From: Bacteroidales bacterium
GTDB taxonomy: Bacteria; Bacteroidota; Bacteroidia; Bacteroidales; VadinHA17
Direction of reading: 5' to 3'
NCBI GenBank assembly: GCA_050013475.1
Contig: JBEKFE010000010.1
Location: 64,898-128,897, forward strand
Length of the DNA stretch: 64,000 nucleotides
Shown here piece by piece: positions 36,941 through 46,577 of this stretch (its first letter is position 1; every line of letters begins with the position of its first letter). The position numbers and the translations under genes were made by a program. Under the pieces are notes generated by a model, which did not search any database, was not told the DNA's origin, and saw nothing but the letters and a program-made list of their open reading frames with translations.

Positions 36941-37549
36941 ATGTCCGGATGTAAATGTAACATAAGCTTAATTATTGTCCTGGCTTCACTATTTTCTGTT
37001 CAGGCTTTTTCGCAACAAATCAATTACCCTGACAGCCTTGCCGGGTATAATTCCCCCAAAGAAAATTTAAAGCCCGTGCTGCATTATTCGGTGGGCAGCA
37101 CCTTTATTGCTGTTCCTCATTTGGGTAGTGTCACTGGTTTTACACTATCACCTTTTTTATCTGTTCCTTTGTCTCCAAAGCTGTCGGTTGAGGGAGGAAT
37201 TATTGCCGGACGCTATTATTCTACATTAGGGAATGTTAACCCTGAAGGTGCGATGCCTGGGGCATTTAACGAATTATCCTTATTCGGATCAGCCAGCTAT
37301 CATATTAATTCTCAGCTGACTTTATATGGTACCGGGATCAAACAACTTGCAGGTACTTCTCCATTTAATATTCTCCCAAAAAGCAGTTATACCGTTGGAT
37401 CCACTTATAATTTCGGAAGCTTCTCAATAGGTGTTTCTTTACAGATGTCAAAGTGGAATAATAACTTCGGCCCCCTGCCAGTCAATAGCTCTCCGGGATT
37501 TTATTCCCCATATGAGCCCAGACCGGGCACATCTGCATTTGGCCAGTGA
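36941..37549 (+). CDS. Hypothetical secreted / small beta-barrel-like protein
   Basis: The track ORF starts at TTG 36935. The ATG at 36941 (MSGCKCNISLIIVLASLFSVQAFSQQ) lies 11 nt downstream of GGAGG. The sequence is Gly/Ser/Tyr-rich with alternating hydrophobicity. Confidence 0.5.
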   Translation: MSGCKCNISLIIVLASLFSVQAFSQQINYPDSLAGYNSPKENLKPVLHYSVGSTFIAVPHLGSVTGFTLSPFLSVPLSPKLSVEGGIIAGRYYSTLGNVNPEGAMPGAFNELSLFGSASYHINSQLTLYGTGIKQLAGTSPFNILPKSSYTVGSTYNFGSFSIGVSLQMSKWNNNFGPLPVNSSPGFYSPYEPRPGTSAFGQ

Positions 37550-37717
37550 GAAAAATAATTTGCTTACATATTTCATCATCAAGCATATTACTCCGGCTCC
37601 GGGTGGTCAATGTCTGCTGACTGAATATGGTCAGGGTGCCCGGCTTGTGAAGTTAAATCATTAAATTTCAGAATGAAAAATATCTTATCTTAATATATGG
37701 TTATCTGATTTTTTATC

Positions 37718-37725
37718 TAACTTTG
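37718..37725 (+). promoter_or_regulatory. Candidate Bacteroidota -7 promoter element (TAnnTTTG)
   Basis: TAACTTTG lies 93 nt upstream of the 37818 ATG. This is a motif match only. Confidence 0.2.
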
Positions 37726-37817
37726 TTTAGGACTGTTCAAGAACAGATAAATAATATATTAATTACATCATTGTATTTCAATTTCAATCAAAGTATTAAT
37801 ACTAAACAAACAGACCA

Positions 37818-38384
37818 ATGAAGACTAAGAGTTTAATTGTTATGATTCTTGTTATGATTTCAGGAATCCTTCCGACCTTTTCTCAGGGTTTCGTACCTCC
37901 TTCACCAGGAAAAGCCGTAGTTTATTTTGTCCGTGTGACAAAAATTGGCTTCGCTATTTCGTTTGAGTTCTTCCATCAGGATAAATACATTGGAGCCTTC
38001 AAGGATAAAAATTACATGAGATATGAATGTGATCCGGGACAACAGCTTCTCTGGGCATCATCCGAGAACAAGGAGTTCATAACCTGCGACCTTAAGGCAG
38101 GAGGATCATATATAGTTTTAGTTGACGTGGAAATGGGAGCATGGAAAGCACATGTTGGATTTTCTCCGATTACTGCAGATGATGAACGTTTTGCCAGGGC
38201 GAAAGAAGTGATAATGTCAAAAGCGCCTGTTGTCACTCCTCAAAAGAAGATTGACGACATGAATGCGAAACTTGCAGATTTTATCCCGGAACAGCTGAGA
38301 AAGTATGATACAATCTGGAAGAATGAAAAAAACTTCAGACATATTTCACCTGATATGGCCATTCCTCCGCAATCAATGAATTAA
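37818..38384 (+). CDS. Hypothetical secreted protein (DUF2846-like)
   Basis: 188 aa with a signal peptide. GKAVVYFVR...FFHQDKYIGAF....YMRYECDPGQQLLW resembles DUF2846-type lipoproteins. The call is tentative. Confidence 0.5.
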   Translation: MKTKSLIVMILVMISGILPTFSQGFVPPSPGKAVVYFVRVTKIGFAISFEFFHQDKYIGAFKDKNYMRYECDPGQQLLWASSENKEFITCDLKAGGSYIVLVDVEMGAWKAHVGFSPITADDERFARAKEVIMSKAPVVTPQKKIDDMNAKLADFIPEQLRKYDTIWKNEKNFRHISPDMAIPPQSMN

Positions 38385-38421
38385 TTAAGGTCATCTGTTT
38401 TGATTCATTACATTTTATAGG

Positions 38422-38458
38422 GCCGTCTCAAAATTAGATGAGACGGCTCCTTGTTTTA
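38422..38458 (+). terminator. Rho-independent terminator
   Basis: A 9-bp stem gccgtctca / tgagacggc with loop aaattaga is followed by TCCTTGTTTTATT. It sits between the 37818 gene and the 3' end of the minus-strand pigment operon. Confidence 0.7.
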
Positions 38459-38608
38459 TTATTTCCTGAAATGAAGTAACCGGGTCAGATGCATCACCCG
38501 TTTAAATCAGTCGGAGCGCTGATCAGGCTTAAAAACGCAGTTCTGAGTATATTACTCCCAAAAGATTTAATAGTGTCAGCAATTAAGATGAATCCCTTGA
38601 AAACCAGG

Positions 38609-39031
38609 TCAACCTGCATCCGTGACGCCTTTATAAATCCGAAGTTCACATTCTGCCAGCACAGCATCATTCTGGATGACTTTTCCGTTTATAATAGTGA
38701 ATCCAAGCAATTCACTTTCAACGACAATTTCAGAGTTGATCTCACTGTTAACGGCTGGAAGGGAATAGACTGACAGATTCCTGACAGCACCAATAAATCC
38801 TGTACCAATTTTTTCGTTCTGTGTAAGGTGCTGAAAGCCTTCATAGGCGGCGGCTGTCTGAGCGATGAATTCTACCATGCCTCCTTCCTGGAGGAAGCCC
38901 TTTTCACAGAAGACCCCGGATTCCCTGATAAAGAACCGTCCTTTGGCTGATCTTTCATCCGCGCAGACAAGCTCATCTATCATGACCATTGGCGGACGCT
39001 GCGGTATCAGGTCAAGAATATTGTAGTTCAA
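38609..39031 (-). CDS. Hotdog-fold 3-hydroxyacyl-ACP dehydratase-like protein (APE/flexirubin cluster type)
   Basis: 140 aa with LIPQRPPMVMIDELV and MVEFIAQTAAA blocks, as in FabZ-like/ApeP-like dehydratases. It is the last gene of the minus-strand arm. Confidence 0.7.
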   Translation of the reverse strand: MNYNILDLIPQRPPMVMIDELVCADERSAKGRFFIRESGVFCEKGFLQEGGMVEFIAQTAAAYEGFQHLTQNEKIGTGFIGAVRNLSVYSLPAVNSEINSEIVVESELLGFTIINGKVIQNDAVLAECELRIYKGVTDAG

Positions 39032-39055
39032 TCAGGTTATTTTTTTAGTTAATAC

Positions 39056-40414
39056 TTATGTTGCAAGATACTCCCATAAAGGCCCTTTTTTATTTTTATC
39101 CCGCATCCTGTTTATAACTTCTGAATGATTCTCATCGGGGAAAATCCATCGTCTGCCTGATTTCAAAGCTTTTTCTTTGAGGGTTGCCAGATTTATTTCC
39201 TTTGAAATATAGTATACAGGAGATAACAATGGATCCTTTTCTTTAACAATATTTTCCTTAATAGCGATCTCATGAAGAAAAGTTCCGGGATAAATGCGCA
39301 TTCCAATGAAAGGGAAAAATACTGTCTTTCCTATTCTTTTAGAGTTCTTAAATGTTTCATCAAGCGTCTTCTCCGTTTCGCCGTAACCTCCCAGGATAAG
39401 GAAATGGGCATAATTGATTCCCAGCCTGTCGCAAAATTCCGAGGCCATCAGTATATTGCTGAATGTAAAGGGCTTGCCATATTTCTGAAGCATAAAGTCG
39501 GAAAGCGAATCTGTGCCAAATTCAATATGCTGCAGACCTGCCTGTCTGAATTTTGAAAGAAGTTCAAAGTCAATATTTACAAAATTGAAATAGCCACCCC
39601 ATTTTATCTTCAATCCTGATTTGATCAGTCTTTCGGCCAGTTCAGAATTGAAATTGTTACTGATATTGAATATTGAATCAGTGAAGAAAACATAATCGAT
39701 CTGTTTCTCAGAATAAAGATGCGACAGAGTATCTATTATCTGTTGGGGATCAAGCGTACGGACCCTGGTCCCTTCGATAAGAGGATAGGTGCAATAAATA
39801 CACCTGTATGGGCATCCGCGCTTGGTCTGGATATTCAGCATCCCGCTTGATTTCCAGTAGAAATCAACAAGGGATTCATCATAGCAAAGCTGGGCAGAAG
39901 CGTTAAAAGTTGTCCGTTTATTTACTTTAACTTCGTTTCCTTTCTTAAAGATCAATCCTTCAATATTTTTAAAATCCTGATCGCTTTCAATGGCATTCAG
40001 CAGCCTTAATAAGCTCATTTCACCCTCTCCGGATATTCCGAAATCCGGTTGAAGAGTCCTGTACAGTATTTCCGGATAAATTGAAAAACCTGCACCTCCT
40101 AAAATAATGACCGAGTTGGAAAATTCCCTTGTAATGCCAATTATTTTTTTGTAGTGCTCAATGAAACTTTCCTGTCTGTAAATATTCACATCATCAATGT
40201 TCCTGAGCGAAATGCCTATATATCCGGGTTCAGTCTTCTGAAGTAACTTAATAAAGTCCTCAAAAGAGGAGGTCATAAAGTCAAAAAGATATATTTCAAG
40301 ATCTGGCCTGTGAACATTAAGAAATGATGAGAGATAGGATATTCCGATTGGATAAACAGGATAAGGATCCGTTTGCCTGTTCGCAGATACCAGAACCAGT
40401 CTGTTATTTTTCAT
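39056..40414 (-). CDS. B12-binding-domain radical SAM protein
   Basis: 452 aa. The N-terminal region looks like a Rossmann-type cobalamin-binding domain. The radical SAM motif is GCPYRCIYCTY (CxxxCxxC). Its start overlaps the upstream gene stop by 11 nt. Confidence 0.85.
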   Translation of the reverse strand: MKNNRLVLVSANRQTDPYPVYPIGISYLSSFLNVHRPDLEIYLFDFMTSSFEDFIKLLQKTEPGYIGISLRNIDDVNIYRQESFIEHYKKIIGITREFSNSVIILGGAGFSIYPEILYRTLQPDFGISGEGEMSLLRLLNAIESDQDFKNIEGLIFKKGNEVKVNKRTTFNASAQLCYDESLVDFYWKSSGMLNIQTKRGCPYRCIYCTYPLIEGTRVRTLDPQQIIDTLSHLYSEKQIDYVFFTDSIFNISNNFNSELAERLIKSGLKIKWGGYFNFVNIDFELLSKFRQAGLQHIEFGTDSLSDFMLQKYGKPFTFSNILMASEFCDRLGINYAHFLILGGYGETEKTLDETFKNSKRIGKTVFFPFIGMRIYPGTFLHEIAIKENIVKEKDPLLSPVYYISKEINLATLKEKALKSGRRWIFPDENHSEVINRMRDKNKKGPLWEYLAT

Positions 40415-41303
40415 CTGTCTCCCAGAAATTGTAGTAATTAAACCATTGAGCGGGATAGTTTCTTAATATCTCTTCCAGCCGGGCAGTATATTTAACTATC
40501 AGGCTCAGGATCATTTTATCGCGCAGGATCTGATTGCCCTGCTGATTATAGTACTCCGGTCGTGTGGCAGAGAAATGATAGCTGTTGCGGTCCCGCTTCA
40601 TGGCAAAAACGAATGACACAGGAACATTGTACTTTAATGCCAGATAAAATGGTCCCGATGGAAATTCAGCCTTCCCTCCAAGAAAATCACAAGTCATGGT
40701 TTTGGATCCTTTCAGAAACCTGTCTCCATGAATACAAACGATCTGCTTTTCACTCAAAGCCTTATTGAGTTCATAGATATGGGAATTATCCTCTTTAATG
40801 ACTATTACATTGAAATTCCTTTTTATAACCGATGATAAATAGTCCTTTACCTTTTCATGTTCAGCATCGTACATAATAATATTTACTGTCGTATTAAGAC
40901 GTTTAAACATGAACGCGGCCATTTCAAAGTTACCGACATGAGCACTTATAAGCAACCCTCCGGTTTTCTTTTCCACCATTTGAGAAAGGAATTCCTCACC
41001 CTCAAAGTCAAATTCAAATTTTGTGTTGAGCCCGGCCATAATGGCTATTTTATCAAGCAGCACCATACCAAGGGCAAAATAATTCCTGTAAACGAAAATG
41101 ACAGAGGGGAAAAATCCGAATTTCAGTCTTTTCCTGTAAAAGGAGAAAATACATTTGAATGACCTGGGATAAAAAATGAAGTAATAGAGGACTACAAATC
41201 GCAGTAGTACATAGGATGTTTTAATCCCTGAAAATTTCAGAACCCTGATAAAGATCTTATATCCTGTTAAGCCACCCCGTGTTTTGCCTTTCCAGGAGGT
41301 CAT
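40404..41303 (-). CDS. LpxL/HtrB-like lysophospholipid (lipid A biosynthesis-type) acyltransferase
   Basis: 299 aa with an N-terminal TM region and ISAHVGNFE (H-x-G-N-x-E acyltransferase motif of the LpxL/HtrB family). Confidence 0.7.
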   Translation of the reverse strand: MTSWKGKTRGGLTGYKIFIRVLKFSGIKTSYVLLRFVVLYYFIFYPRSFKCIFSFYRKRLKFGFFPSVIFVYRNYFALGMVLLDKIAIMAGLNTKFEFDFEGEEFLSQMVEKKTGGLLISAHVGNFEMAAFMFKRLNTTVNIIMYDAEHEKVKDYLSSVIKRNFNVIVIKEDNSHIYELNKALSEKQIVCIHGDRFLKGSKTMTCDFLGGKAEFPSGPFYLALKYNVPVSFVFAMKRDRNSYHFSATRPEYYNQQGNQILRDKMILSLIVKYTARLEEILRNYPAQWFNYYNFWETDEK

Positions 41304-41305
41304 CC

Positions 41306-41554
41306 TTACCTGTTTTGCGTGTAATTGTAGATGTAGTCGTATAAATCATTCATAGTTCTGATTGAACTGACCTCTGTCCCCTTAAGAGTTATACCATACT
41401 CTTTCTTGACTATTACAGCAATATCAACAAAATCAAGACTTTCAAGACCGAGATCATCCTTGAGATGAGCGTTGGGAACAATTGCTGACTCATCAAGTTC
41501 AAATTCCTTTACCAGTAAGTTGTTAATTGTTTTTACTATAGTTTCGCGATCCAT
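41306..41554 (-). CDS. Acyl carrier protein
   Basis: 82 aa. DDLGLESLDFVDI contains the phosphopantetheine-Ser context. Confidence 0.85.
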   Translation of the reverse strand: MDRETIVKTINNLLVKEFELDESAIVPNAHLKDDLGLESLDFVDIAVIVKKEYGITLKGTEVSSIRTMNDLYDYIYNYTQNR

Positions 41555-41573
41555 AAGAGCTGAAAAGATTAGG

Positions 41574-42794
41574 TTATTTAAATTTCTTTATAATCAGACA
41601 TGAATTTGTACCACCGAAGCCGAATGAATTTGACAGGAATACATTGATTTCCTTTTGAGTGGTTTTTGGGATGATATTAAGCTTCGCCGTAATTTCGTCG
41701 GGCTCTTCGAAATTAATATTCGGAGCAATAAATGAATTCTTCATCATAATGACAGAGTAAACTATCTCACTTGCGCCTGCCATCCACATTTCATGCCCGG
41801 TCATTGATTTTGTCGATGAAACAGCAGTTTTGTACCTGCCAAAGATATTATCAATAGCCAGCGCTTCATTCTGGTCGCCAATAGGTGTGGATGTGGCATG
41901 CGCATTTATGTAATCTATCTCACCCGGATTGACAGACGCATCATTTAGTGCCATTGTCATAGCCCTGATCTGCCCGTCAGTATCAGGAACAGATATATGT
42001 ACTCCGTCTGATGAAAACCCATATCCGACGACCTCTGCAAGTATTGGTGCACCTCTTTTCAGTGCTGCTTCCATCTCTTCAAGGACAACTGTGGCTGCCC
42101 CCCCGCTTGGGACGAGGCCGTCCCTTCTTCTGTCAAATGGTTTTAACGCTTTTGAAGGTTCCGATTCCTGTTTTGAAAAAGCTCCAAGGGCGTCAAAGCT
42201 TCCGACACAGAAAAGATTGACCTCCTGTGAACCTCCGCAGATTACTGTATTCTGATATCCGTGACGGATCAGGAAAAATCCCATCCCAATAGCATGTGAT
42301 CCGCTGGCGCAGGCTCCACTGAGGGTGAAATTAATACCTTTAAGCCTGAAGATCACTGAAAGGTTCATTGTGACCGAAGAGTTCATCGACTGGAAAACAG
42401 ACCCAGAATGTAAAGTACCTGTATCTCTGTTCGTACGGATAGTATCGACAGCATCAATTACCGGCGTGGTTGAACTGTCATTTCCAAAAATAATACCTGC
42501 CTTTGTCTTTTCAATATACTCTTCCTCAAGCTTTGCTTCCCTTATTGCTTCAGCGGTGGACATGTATGCATATTCTGCATGCTGTGGCATGCAAGTACGA
42601 GCTCTGCGATCAAGTATACCCTTAAGATGTGGTGTAGGAACTTTTCCTGTCAGTGCGGACTGAAAACCGTAGGCTTTCCTTTCATCATCAAGTACAATAC
42701 CGGATCTTCCTTTTATAAGAGAGTCCTTCACCTCCTCAAGATTACTTCCGATGGAAGAATAAATCCCAATTCCTGTAATTACAACTCTTCTCAT
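41574..42794 (-). CDS. Beta-ketoacyl-ACP synthase (KAS I/II type)
   Basis: 406 aa with the Cys-His-His triad contexts GACASGSHAIG, NAHATSTPIGD and SMTGHEMWMAGA, and a C-terminal SFGFGGTN. Confidence 0.9.
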   Translation of the reverse strand: MRRVVITGIGIYSSIGSNLEEVKDSLIKGRSGIVLDDERKAYGFQSALTGKVPTPHLKGILDRRARTCMPQHAEYAYMSTAEAIREAKLEEEYIEKTKAGIIFGNDSSTTPVIDAVDTIRTNRDTGTLHSGSVFQSMNSSVTMNLSVIFRLKGINFTLSGACASGSHAIGMGFFLIRHGYQNTVICGGSQEVNLFCVGSFDALGAFSKQESEPSKALKPFDRRRDGLVPSGGAATVVLEEMEAALKRGAPILAEVVGYGFSSDGVHISVPDTDGQIRAMTMALNDASVNPGEIDYINAHATSTPIGDQNEALAIDNIFGRYKTAVSSTKSMTGHEMWMAGASEIVYSVIMMKNSFIAPNINFEEPDEITAKLNIIPKTTQKEINVFLSNSFGFGGTNSCLIIKKFK

Positions 42795-42818
42795 AAACTG
42801 ACAAAAAATACAATCATA

Positions 42819-43547
42819 TTAAGTATAAAGTCCTCCATTGATCGAAATAATCTCTCCAGTAATATAAGATGATTTTTCGGAGGCAAGGAAAGATACCAGA
42901 TCTGCTACTTCCTCAGGTAAGCCAAACCTGTTAAGGGGAATAATACTTTTAATGGAATTTTCATCCATATCCCTTGTCATATCGCTTCTTATAAATCCCG
43001 GAGCCACCGCATTGACGGTAACATTTTTTTTCCCTATTTCCTGCGCCAATGCTTTCGTTGCCCCAATAACAGCTGCTTTGGCAGCAGAGTAATTCACCTG
43101 GCCAGGCTGACCTTTCAGCCCTGACAGTGATACAACATTAATGATCCGTCCGTATTTATTTACAAGCATACTTTTCAAAAGCGCCCTGGTCAGATAAAAG
43201 AAGCCATGCAGGTTAGTATTTATTACATCGTGCCACTGCTCATCCTCCATCCACATCATGAGTACATCTTTCCTTATACCGGCATTATTGATCAGTACTT
43301 CGATATATTCATCTTTATGCTCATTACTCCAGGTGTCAATTGTTTTCTCAACCTGGGCGGGATTCGAAACATCGAACTTCATTAAGGCGCCGTCTCCGCC
43401 TGCCTGTCTTACCATGGCAAGTGTCTCCTCAGCTTCTTTTTCGTTTGATTTATAGTTAATTAAAATATGCAGTCCGAGAGGAACCAGTTTAAGGCAGATG
43501 GCCCTTCCAATGCCTCTAGAACCTCCCGTCACCAGCGCGTACTTCAT
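42819..43547 (-). CDS. fabG: 3-oxoacyl-ACP reductase (SDR family)
   Basis: 242 aa. TGGSRGIGRA (cofactor-binding), NNAG and YSAAKAA (YxxxK) are present. Confidence 0.9.
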   Translation of the reverse strand: MKYALVTGGSRGIGRAICLKLVPLGLHILINYKSNEKEAEETLAMVRQAGGDGALMKFDVSNPAQVEKTIDTWSNEHKDEYIEVLINNAGIRKDVLMMWMEDEQWHDVINTNLHGFFYLTRALLKSMLVNKYGRIINVVSLSGLKGQPGQVNYSAAKAAVIGATKALAQEIGKKNVTVNAVAPGFIRSDMTRDMDENSIKSIIPLNRFGLPEEVADLVSFLASEKSSYITGEIISINGGLYT

Positions 43548-43577
43548 TTCAGAAACTTAAAGTATTCAATCTATTAA

Positions 43578-45116
43578 CTACAAATCTAAAGAATCTTTAC
43601 AAATATAATCTTTAATTTTCCCTAATTCGAGATATTTGATTGTGTCATCCTCAAACCTGGGTACTATCTTCCTCAATTCTGAGTATATATCCCTGGTCTT
43701 GGAAGACAAATCCTTTTCAATTTTGAGATAATCGATAGCCTGGATTAAACTAAGCATTTCGATAGTCAGAACCTGGAATGTATTATCTATAACTCTTTTT
43801 GCAATTAATGCAGAATTTGTTCCCATGCTTACTATGTCCTGGTTATCATTATTGTTCGGAATAGAGTGCAGGTAATGAGGATAGGATAATGACTGGTTTT
43901 CTGCCACCGTCGATGTGGCTGTAAATTGTGCCCCCTGCATGCCGAAATTTACTCCAAGCTTTCCAAGATTCACAAACGGAGGTAAAATTCCGTTGAGCTT
44001 GTTGTTCATCAGAAAATTTATCTGACGGTCGATCAGCAGGGAGAGTTTCGTGATCGCTATCTTCAATTTATCCATCTCAAGAGAAACATAATCACCATGA
44101 AAATTACCACCATGATATATGTTTTCATGTACAGGATCAATAACTGGATTATCGCAGGAAGAGTTTGCTTCATTAAGTACGACTTGTTCAGAATAAACAA
44201 GCGTGTCAAGAATCGGTCCGAGTATTTGAGGTACGCACCTGATCGAATAGTACTCCTGAACTTTTTTGGATATAATGCTTTGAGAATTCCGGTCTCCGTT
44301 ATATAGGTGTTCCTCTCTCTTGCTGATCAGTTTACTGTCGTTCAGAGTCTTACGCATTATTTCTGCAATCCTGTTCTGCCCGCTGTGAAGCTTTACCTGG
44401 TTCAGCTCCTCCGAGAAACTGTCATCGAATGAGCTAACAACCTCATTTATCATTGCGCTGGCAAGGATTGTCCATGTTAACAGATTCTTCGCATGGATGA
44501 TATTCACCACTCCGATGCCTGTCATGAAACAGGTTCCGTTTATAAGAGAAAGCCCTTCACGGATCTTAACAGTAATTGCTTTAAGACCATTAACAGCGAG
44601 TGCATCTGCTGTATCCATTGTTTTTCCTTCAAAGACAACGTTACCCTCTCCTATAAGGGCAAGAGCAATATGAGCCATCTGAACAAGGTCTCCGCTGGCA
44701 CCCACACCACCATGTTCCGGGACTACCGGAGTGATACCCCTGTTTATAAATTCAAGAATCAGGGTCGCTACTTCGGGAAAGATGCCCGAATTACCTTTTA
44801 GCAGGTTATTTAGCAGGACCAGCAGTGATGAACGAACATAAAGCGTATCAACAGCTGCTCCGCTGCCCGCAGCGTGACTTCTTATCGCATTATATTGAAA
44901 ATTGACCCTGTCAGCCTCATCAATCCTGTACTGAGCCATCGGACCTAGCCCGGTATTTATTCCATAAATCACTTTATTCTGATGAAATGAAGCGAGGAAT
45001 CTAAAACTTCTTTCTATCCTCTCGCTTGCTTTTTCTGATATCACAATGCTTTCATTTCCTGTTAAAACTGCTTGAAAATCTTTAATAGAAATAAAGCGGT
45101 CACCAATTTCAATCAT
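43578..45116 (-). CDS. Aromatic amino acid ammonia-lyase (HAL/TAL/PAL family, MIO-dependent)
   Basis: 512 aa. GGVGASGDLVQMAH carries the Ala-Ser-Gly MIO triad. It is the first gene of the minus-strand arm, the position occupied by tyrosine ammonia-lyase in flexirubin clusters. Substrate specificity is not determinable by eye. Confidence 0.9.
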   Translation of the reverse strand: MIEIGDRFISIKDFQAVLTGNESIVISEKASERIERSFRFLASFHQNKVIYGINTGLGPMAQYRIDEADRVNFQYNAIRSHAAGSGAAVDTLYVRSSLLVLLNNLLKGNSGIFPEVATLILEFINRGITPVVPEHGGVGASGDLVQMAHIALALIGEGNVVFEGKTMDTADALAVNGLKAITVKIREGLSLINGTCFMTGIGVVNIIHAKNLLTWTILASAMINEVVSSFDDSFSEELNQVKLHSGQNRIAEIMRKTLNDSKLISKREEHLYNGDRNSQSIISKKVQEYYSIRCVPQILGPILDTLVYSEQVVLNEANSSCDNPVIDPVHENIYHGGNFHGDYVSLEMDKLKIAITKLSLLIDRQINFLMNNKLNGILPPFVNLGKLGVNFGMQGAQFTATSTVAENQSLSYPHYLHSIPNNNDNQDIVSMGTNSALIAKRVIDNTFQVLTIEMLSLIQAIDYLKIEKDLSSKTRDIYSELRKIVPRFEDDTIKYLELGKIKDYICKDSLDL

Positions 45117-45171
45117 CTTGAAAAAATAAAGGTCAGGTTAAACTAAAACTACGATTGGATTTCTCCGGCAC

Positions 45172-45179
45172 CAAATATA
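45172..45179 (-). promoter_or_regulatory. Candidate -7 promoter element (TAnnTTTG) for the minus-strand pigment operon
   Basis: The reverse complement reads TATATTTG, 56 nt upstream of the ammonia-lyase ATG (45116). A second match on the same strand (reverse complement TATATTTG) lies at about 45229-45236. Confidence 0.3.
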
Positions 45180-45363
45180 AAAAAGAAAATTATAGTTTGC
45201 CACTCCAACCGGACGTAAATTTTAAGTGCAAATATAGTCCGAAGGTCGAATGAAAACATGGTTTATTCTCCGGATCAGAGAGCAAGTAACAGGAAACCAA
45301 TTTAATCCATTTAAAGCCGCACCGGAAATTCAACAGGTATTGCAAGGGTACACATTTTATTCT

Positions 45364-45371
45364 TACATTTG
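45364..45371 (+). promoter_or_regulatory. Candidate -7 promoter element (TAnnTTTG) for the plus-strand pigment operon
   Basis: TACATTTG lies 40 nt upstream of the ATG at 45411. Confidence 0.3.
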
Positions 45372-45410
45372 GCTAAATTGAGCTGCCCGGGAAATAAAAC
45401 TGATCTATTC

Positions 45411-46559
45411 ATGAAGGAAACGGAATACTGCGTGATTCTTCCAACCTATAATAATTCAGGTACTCTGGAAAAAGTGATCAAGGGGATTCTTCAAATTACA
45501 AACAACATTATAATTGTTGATGACGGGTCAACTGATGGAACAAAAGATATTCTGACGAATTTTAATTCCCTGCATATAATCTCTTACCAGAAAAACCGGG
45601 GAAAAGGGTATGCAATCCGGAGAGGATTTGAAGCTGCGATCGTAAAAGGATATTCATATGCAATAACAATTGATTCGGACGGACAACATTTCCCTGAGGA
45701 TGTCCTGATTCTTGCCGGTCAGATAGATAAAAAGCCTGATACACTTATTGTCGGAGAAAGGAATCTTGCAGGTGAGAATCTTTCAAAGGGCAGCAGCTTT
45801 GCCAATCTCTTTTCAAATTTCTGGTACAGATTCCTTACAGGTATAAAACTAACAGATACCCAGACCGGTTTAAGGTTATATCCTCTAAAACTGATTGCCG
45901 GCATGAGATTCTATACGCGCAGATATGAATTTGAACTTGAAGTTCTTGTAAGAGCAGCCTGGAAAGGCATAAAGGTTAGTAGTGTTCCTATACGGGTTTA
46001 TTATCCTTCAAGAGAAGAGCGCATCAGCCATTTCCGTCCGTTCACGGATTTTGTCAGGATAAGTCTGCTGAATTTTACGCTGGTCGTAATTGCTCTGTTA
46101 TATGTCAAGCCGTTTCACTTTCTGACGTACCTGCGGAAAGAGAATCGTAAGGAGTTTATTAATAAGCACATCCTTCTAAGCGGGGAATCAAATACTAATA
46201 TTTCCCTGGCTATAGCGCTGGGTATATTTACGGGTATATTGCCAATCTGGGGCTTTCAGCTTATTGCTGCTGTGGCACTGGCTCACCTGTTCAGACTTAG
46301 TAAGCTCATTACTTCGGTTGCAGCCAATATCAGTATCCCTCCAATGATACCAATTATCTTGTACCTGAGCTACGTGACAGGGGGTATTGTGATGAATAAC
46401 AGGAATGCCATTAAATTCAGCTCTAACATTACCCTTAAATCATTCGAAAACAATCTAATGCAGTATATAACAGGAAGCATAGCCCTTTCCATCATAATGT
46501 CAATCTTCGCAGCACTTTTATCTTTTACCATCTTGAATTTCGTCAGAAAGAAGAATTGA
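45411..46559 (+). CDS. Family 2 glycosyltransferase fused to a C-terminal DUF2062-like membrane domain
   Basis: The track ORF begins at TTG 45369. The ATG at 45411 gives MKETEYCVILPTYNNSGTL. VDDGSTDGT and DSDGQH are GT2 motifs. The C-terminal third is hydrophobic (several TM helices). Confidence 0.8.
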   Translation: MKETEYCVILPTYNNSGTLEKVIKGILQITNNIIIVDDGSTDGTKDILTNFNSLHIISYQKNRGKGYAIRRGFEAAIVKGYSYAITIDSDGQHFPEDVLILAGQIDKKPDTLIVGERNLAGENLSKGSSFANLFSNFWYRFLTGIKLTDTQTGLRLYPLKLIAGMRFYTRRYEFELEVLVRAAWKGIKVSSVPIRVYYPSREERISHFRPFTDFVRISLLNFTLVVIALLYVKPFHFLTYLRKENRKEFINKHILLSGESNTNISLAIALGIFTGILPIWGFQLIAAVALAHLFRLSKLITSVAANISIPPMIPIILYLSYVTGGIVMNNRNAIKFSSNITLKSFENNLMQYITGSIALSIIMSIFAALLSFTILNFVRKKN

Positions 46560-46577
46560 GATTTTAGCAATTTAACA

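Noticed and set aside
38489-38773. 94-aa plus-strand ORF overlapping the 3' end of the dehydratase gene
   Set aside because: It lies antisense to a CDS with clear hotdog-fold motifs, and its translation has no recognisable features.
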